A stretch of 64,000 bases of DNA. It comes from Bacillus sp. (in: firmicutes). GTDB taxonomy: Bacteria; Bacillota; Bacilli; Bacillales; Salisediminibacteriaceae. Where the stretch lies: contig PWLM01000040.1 of the NCBI GenBank assembly GCA_003560495.1, positions 8,663 to 72,662 of the forward strand. The letters run 5' to 3'. Below are positions 63,596-64,000 of this stretch, piece by piece. The notes beneath the pieces are model-generated. The model had not been told where the DNA came from. It searched no databases and saw only the letters and a list, made by a program, of their open reading frames with translations. The position numbers and the translations under genes are program-made. Each line of letters begins with the position of its first letter. The first letter of the stretch is position 1.

Positions 63596-63729
63596 GAGGC
63601 TGTCTCAGAAGGTTCATAGAGACAGCCTGAACAGCACGAGTGGAGCCGGACCAAGGTTTTAAAACCCTGTCAGATAAATCCCGCTCCGACAGGGTTTGGT
63701 CCGTGCTCCATTCCTTATGGGACATCCCC
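63596..63729. mobile_element. Possible non-autonomous miniature element
   Basis: Imperfect terminal inverted repeat GAGGCTGTCTCAGAAGG / CCTTATGGGACATCCCC (13/17) enclosing a long hairpin. Confidence 0.35.
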
Positions 63730-63744
63730 TTTCAGCCCGGTAAA

Positions 63745-64000
63745 TCACTTGTCCTCGGCTGCTGCCTTTTGAAATTTCTCAAAAAACAAATCGTAGTCTT
63801 CTTCCTCTTTCTCTTCTGCCTGTTCCGGAAACGGCGGGAGATCGTTCAGCGATGATAAACCGAATTGATCAAGAAAATGATTAGTCGTCCCATATAAAAT
63901 GGCCCGGCCCGTTCCTTCCTGTCTTCCGTTTTGTTCTACGAGACCTTTAGCCTGCAGCGTCCGGAGCGGTCTCTCTGTTTTAACCCCTCTAATTTCTTCA
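63745..64000 (-). CDS. scpB: Segregation and condensation protein ScpB, 3' end (partial; not in ORF track)
   Basis: [56 protein letters not shown]...AEDK*. Confidence 0.93.
   Translation of the reverse strand, partial: EEIRGVKTERPLRTLQAKGLVEQNGRQEGTGRAILYGTTNHFLDQFGLSSLNDLPPFPEQAEEKEEEDYDLFFEKFQKAAAEDK

Overview
Core chromosomal segment of a Bacillaceae bacterium, syntenic with the B. subtilis ypjC-qcr-aro/trp-hep/men-mtr-hbs-gpsA-der-rpsA-cmk-gudB-recS-fer-serA-res-rluB-scpB region, mostly on the minus strand. Very acidic exported proteins and futalosine-type menaquinone genes suggest a halo/alkaliphilic lineage (inference). The sporulation genes (ypjB, spoIVA, yphA/seaA, sleB-ypeB, dacB-spmAB) and chemotaxis/motility genes (cheR, ypfA/motI) normally found in this interval are absent. 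No rRNA, tRNA, CRISPR array, prophage or transposase was recognised. Main points of interest: (1) an in-frame TGA in resC at the conserved Gly of the terminal 'GLHSYA' heme-ligand motif; (2) a TrpF-TrpB fusion with an internal RBS and an A8 run at the junction; (3) a 55-aa Zn-ribbon gene missed by the ORF track; (4) a ~270-nt multi-stem candidate ncRNA between fhs and a photolyase gene; (5) a CarH/LitR-Fhs-photolyase neighbourhood; (6) a family of dispersed palindromic MITE/REP-like elements. All calls come from reading the sequence; no searches were run.
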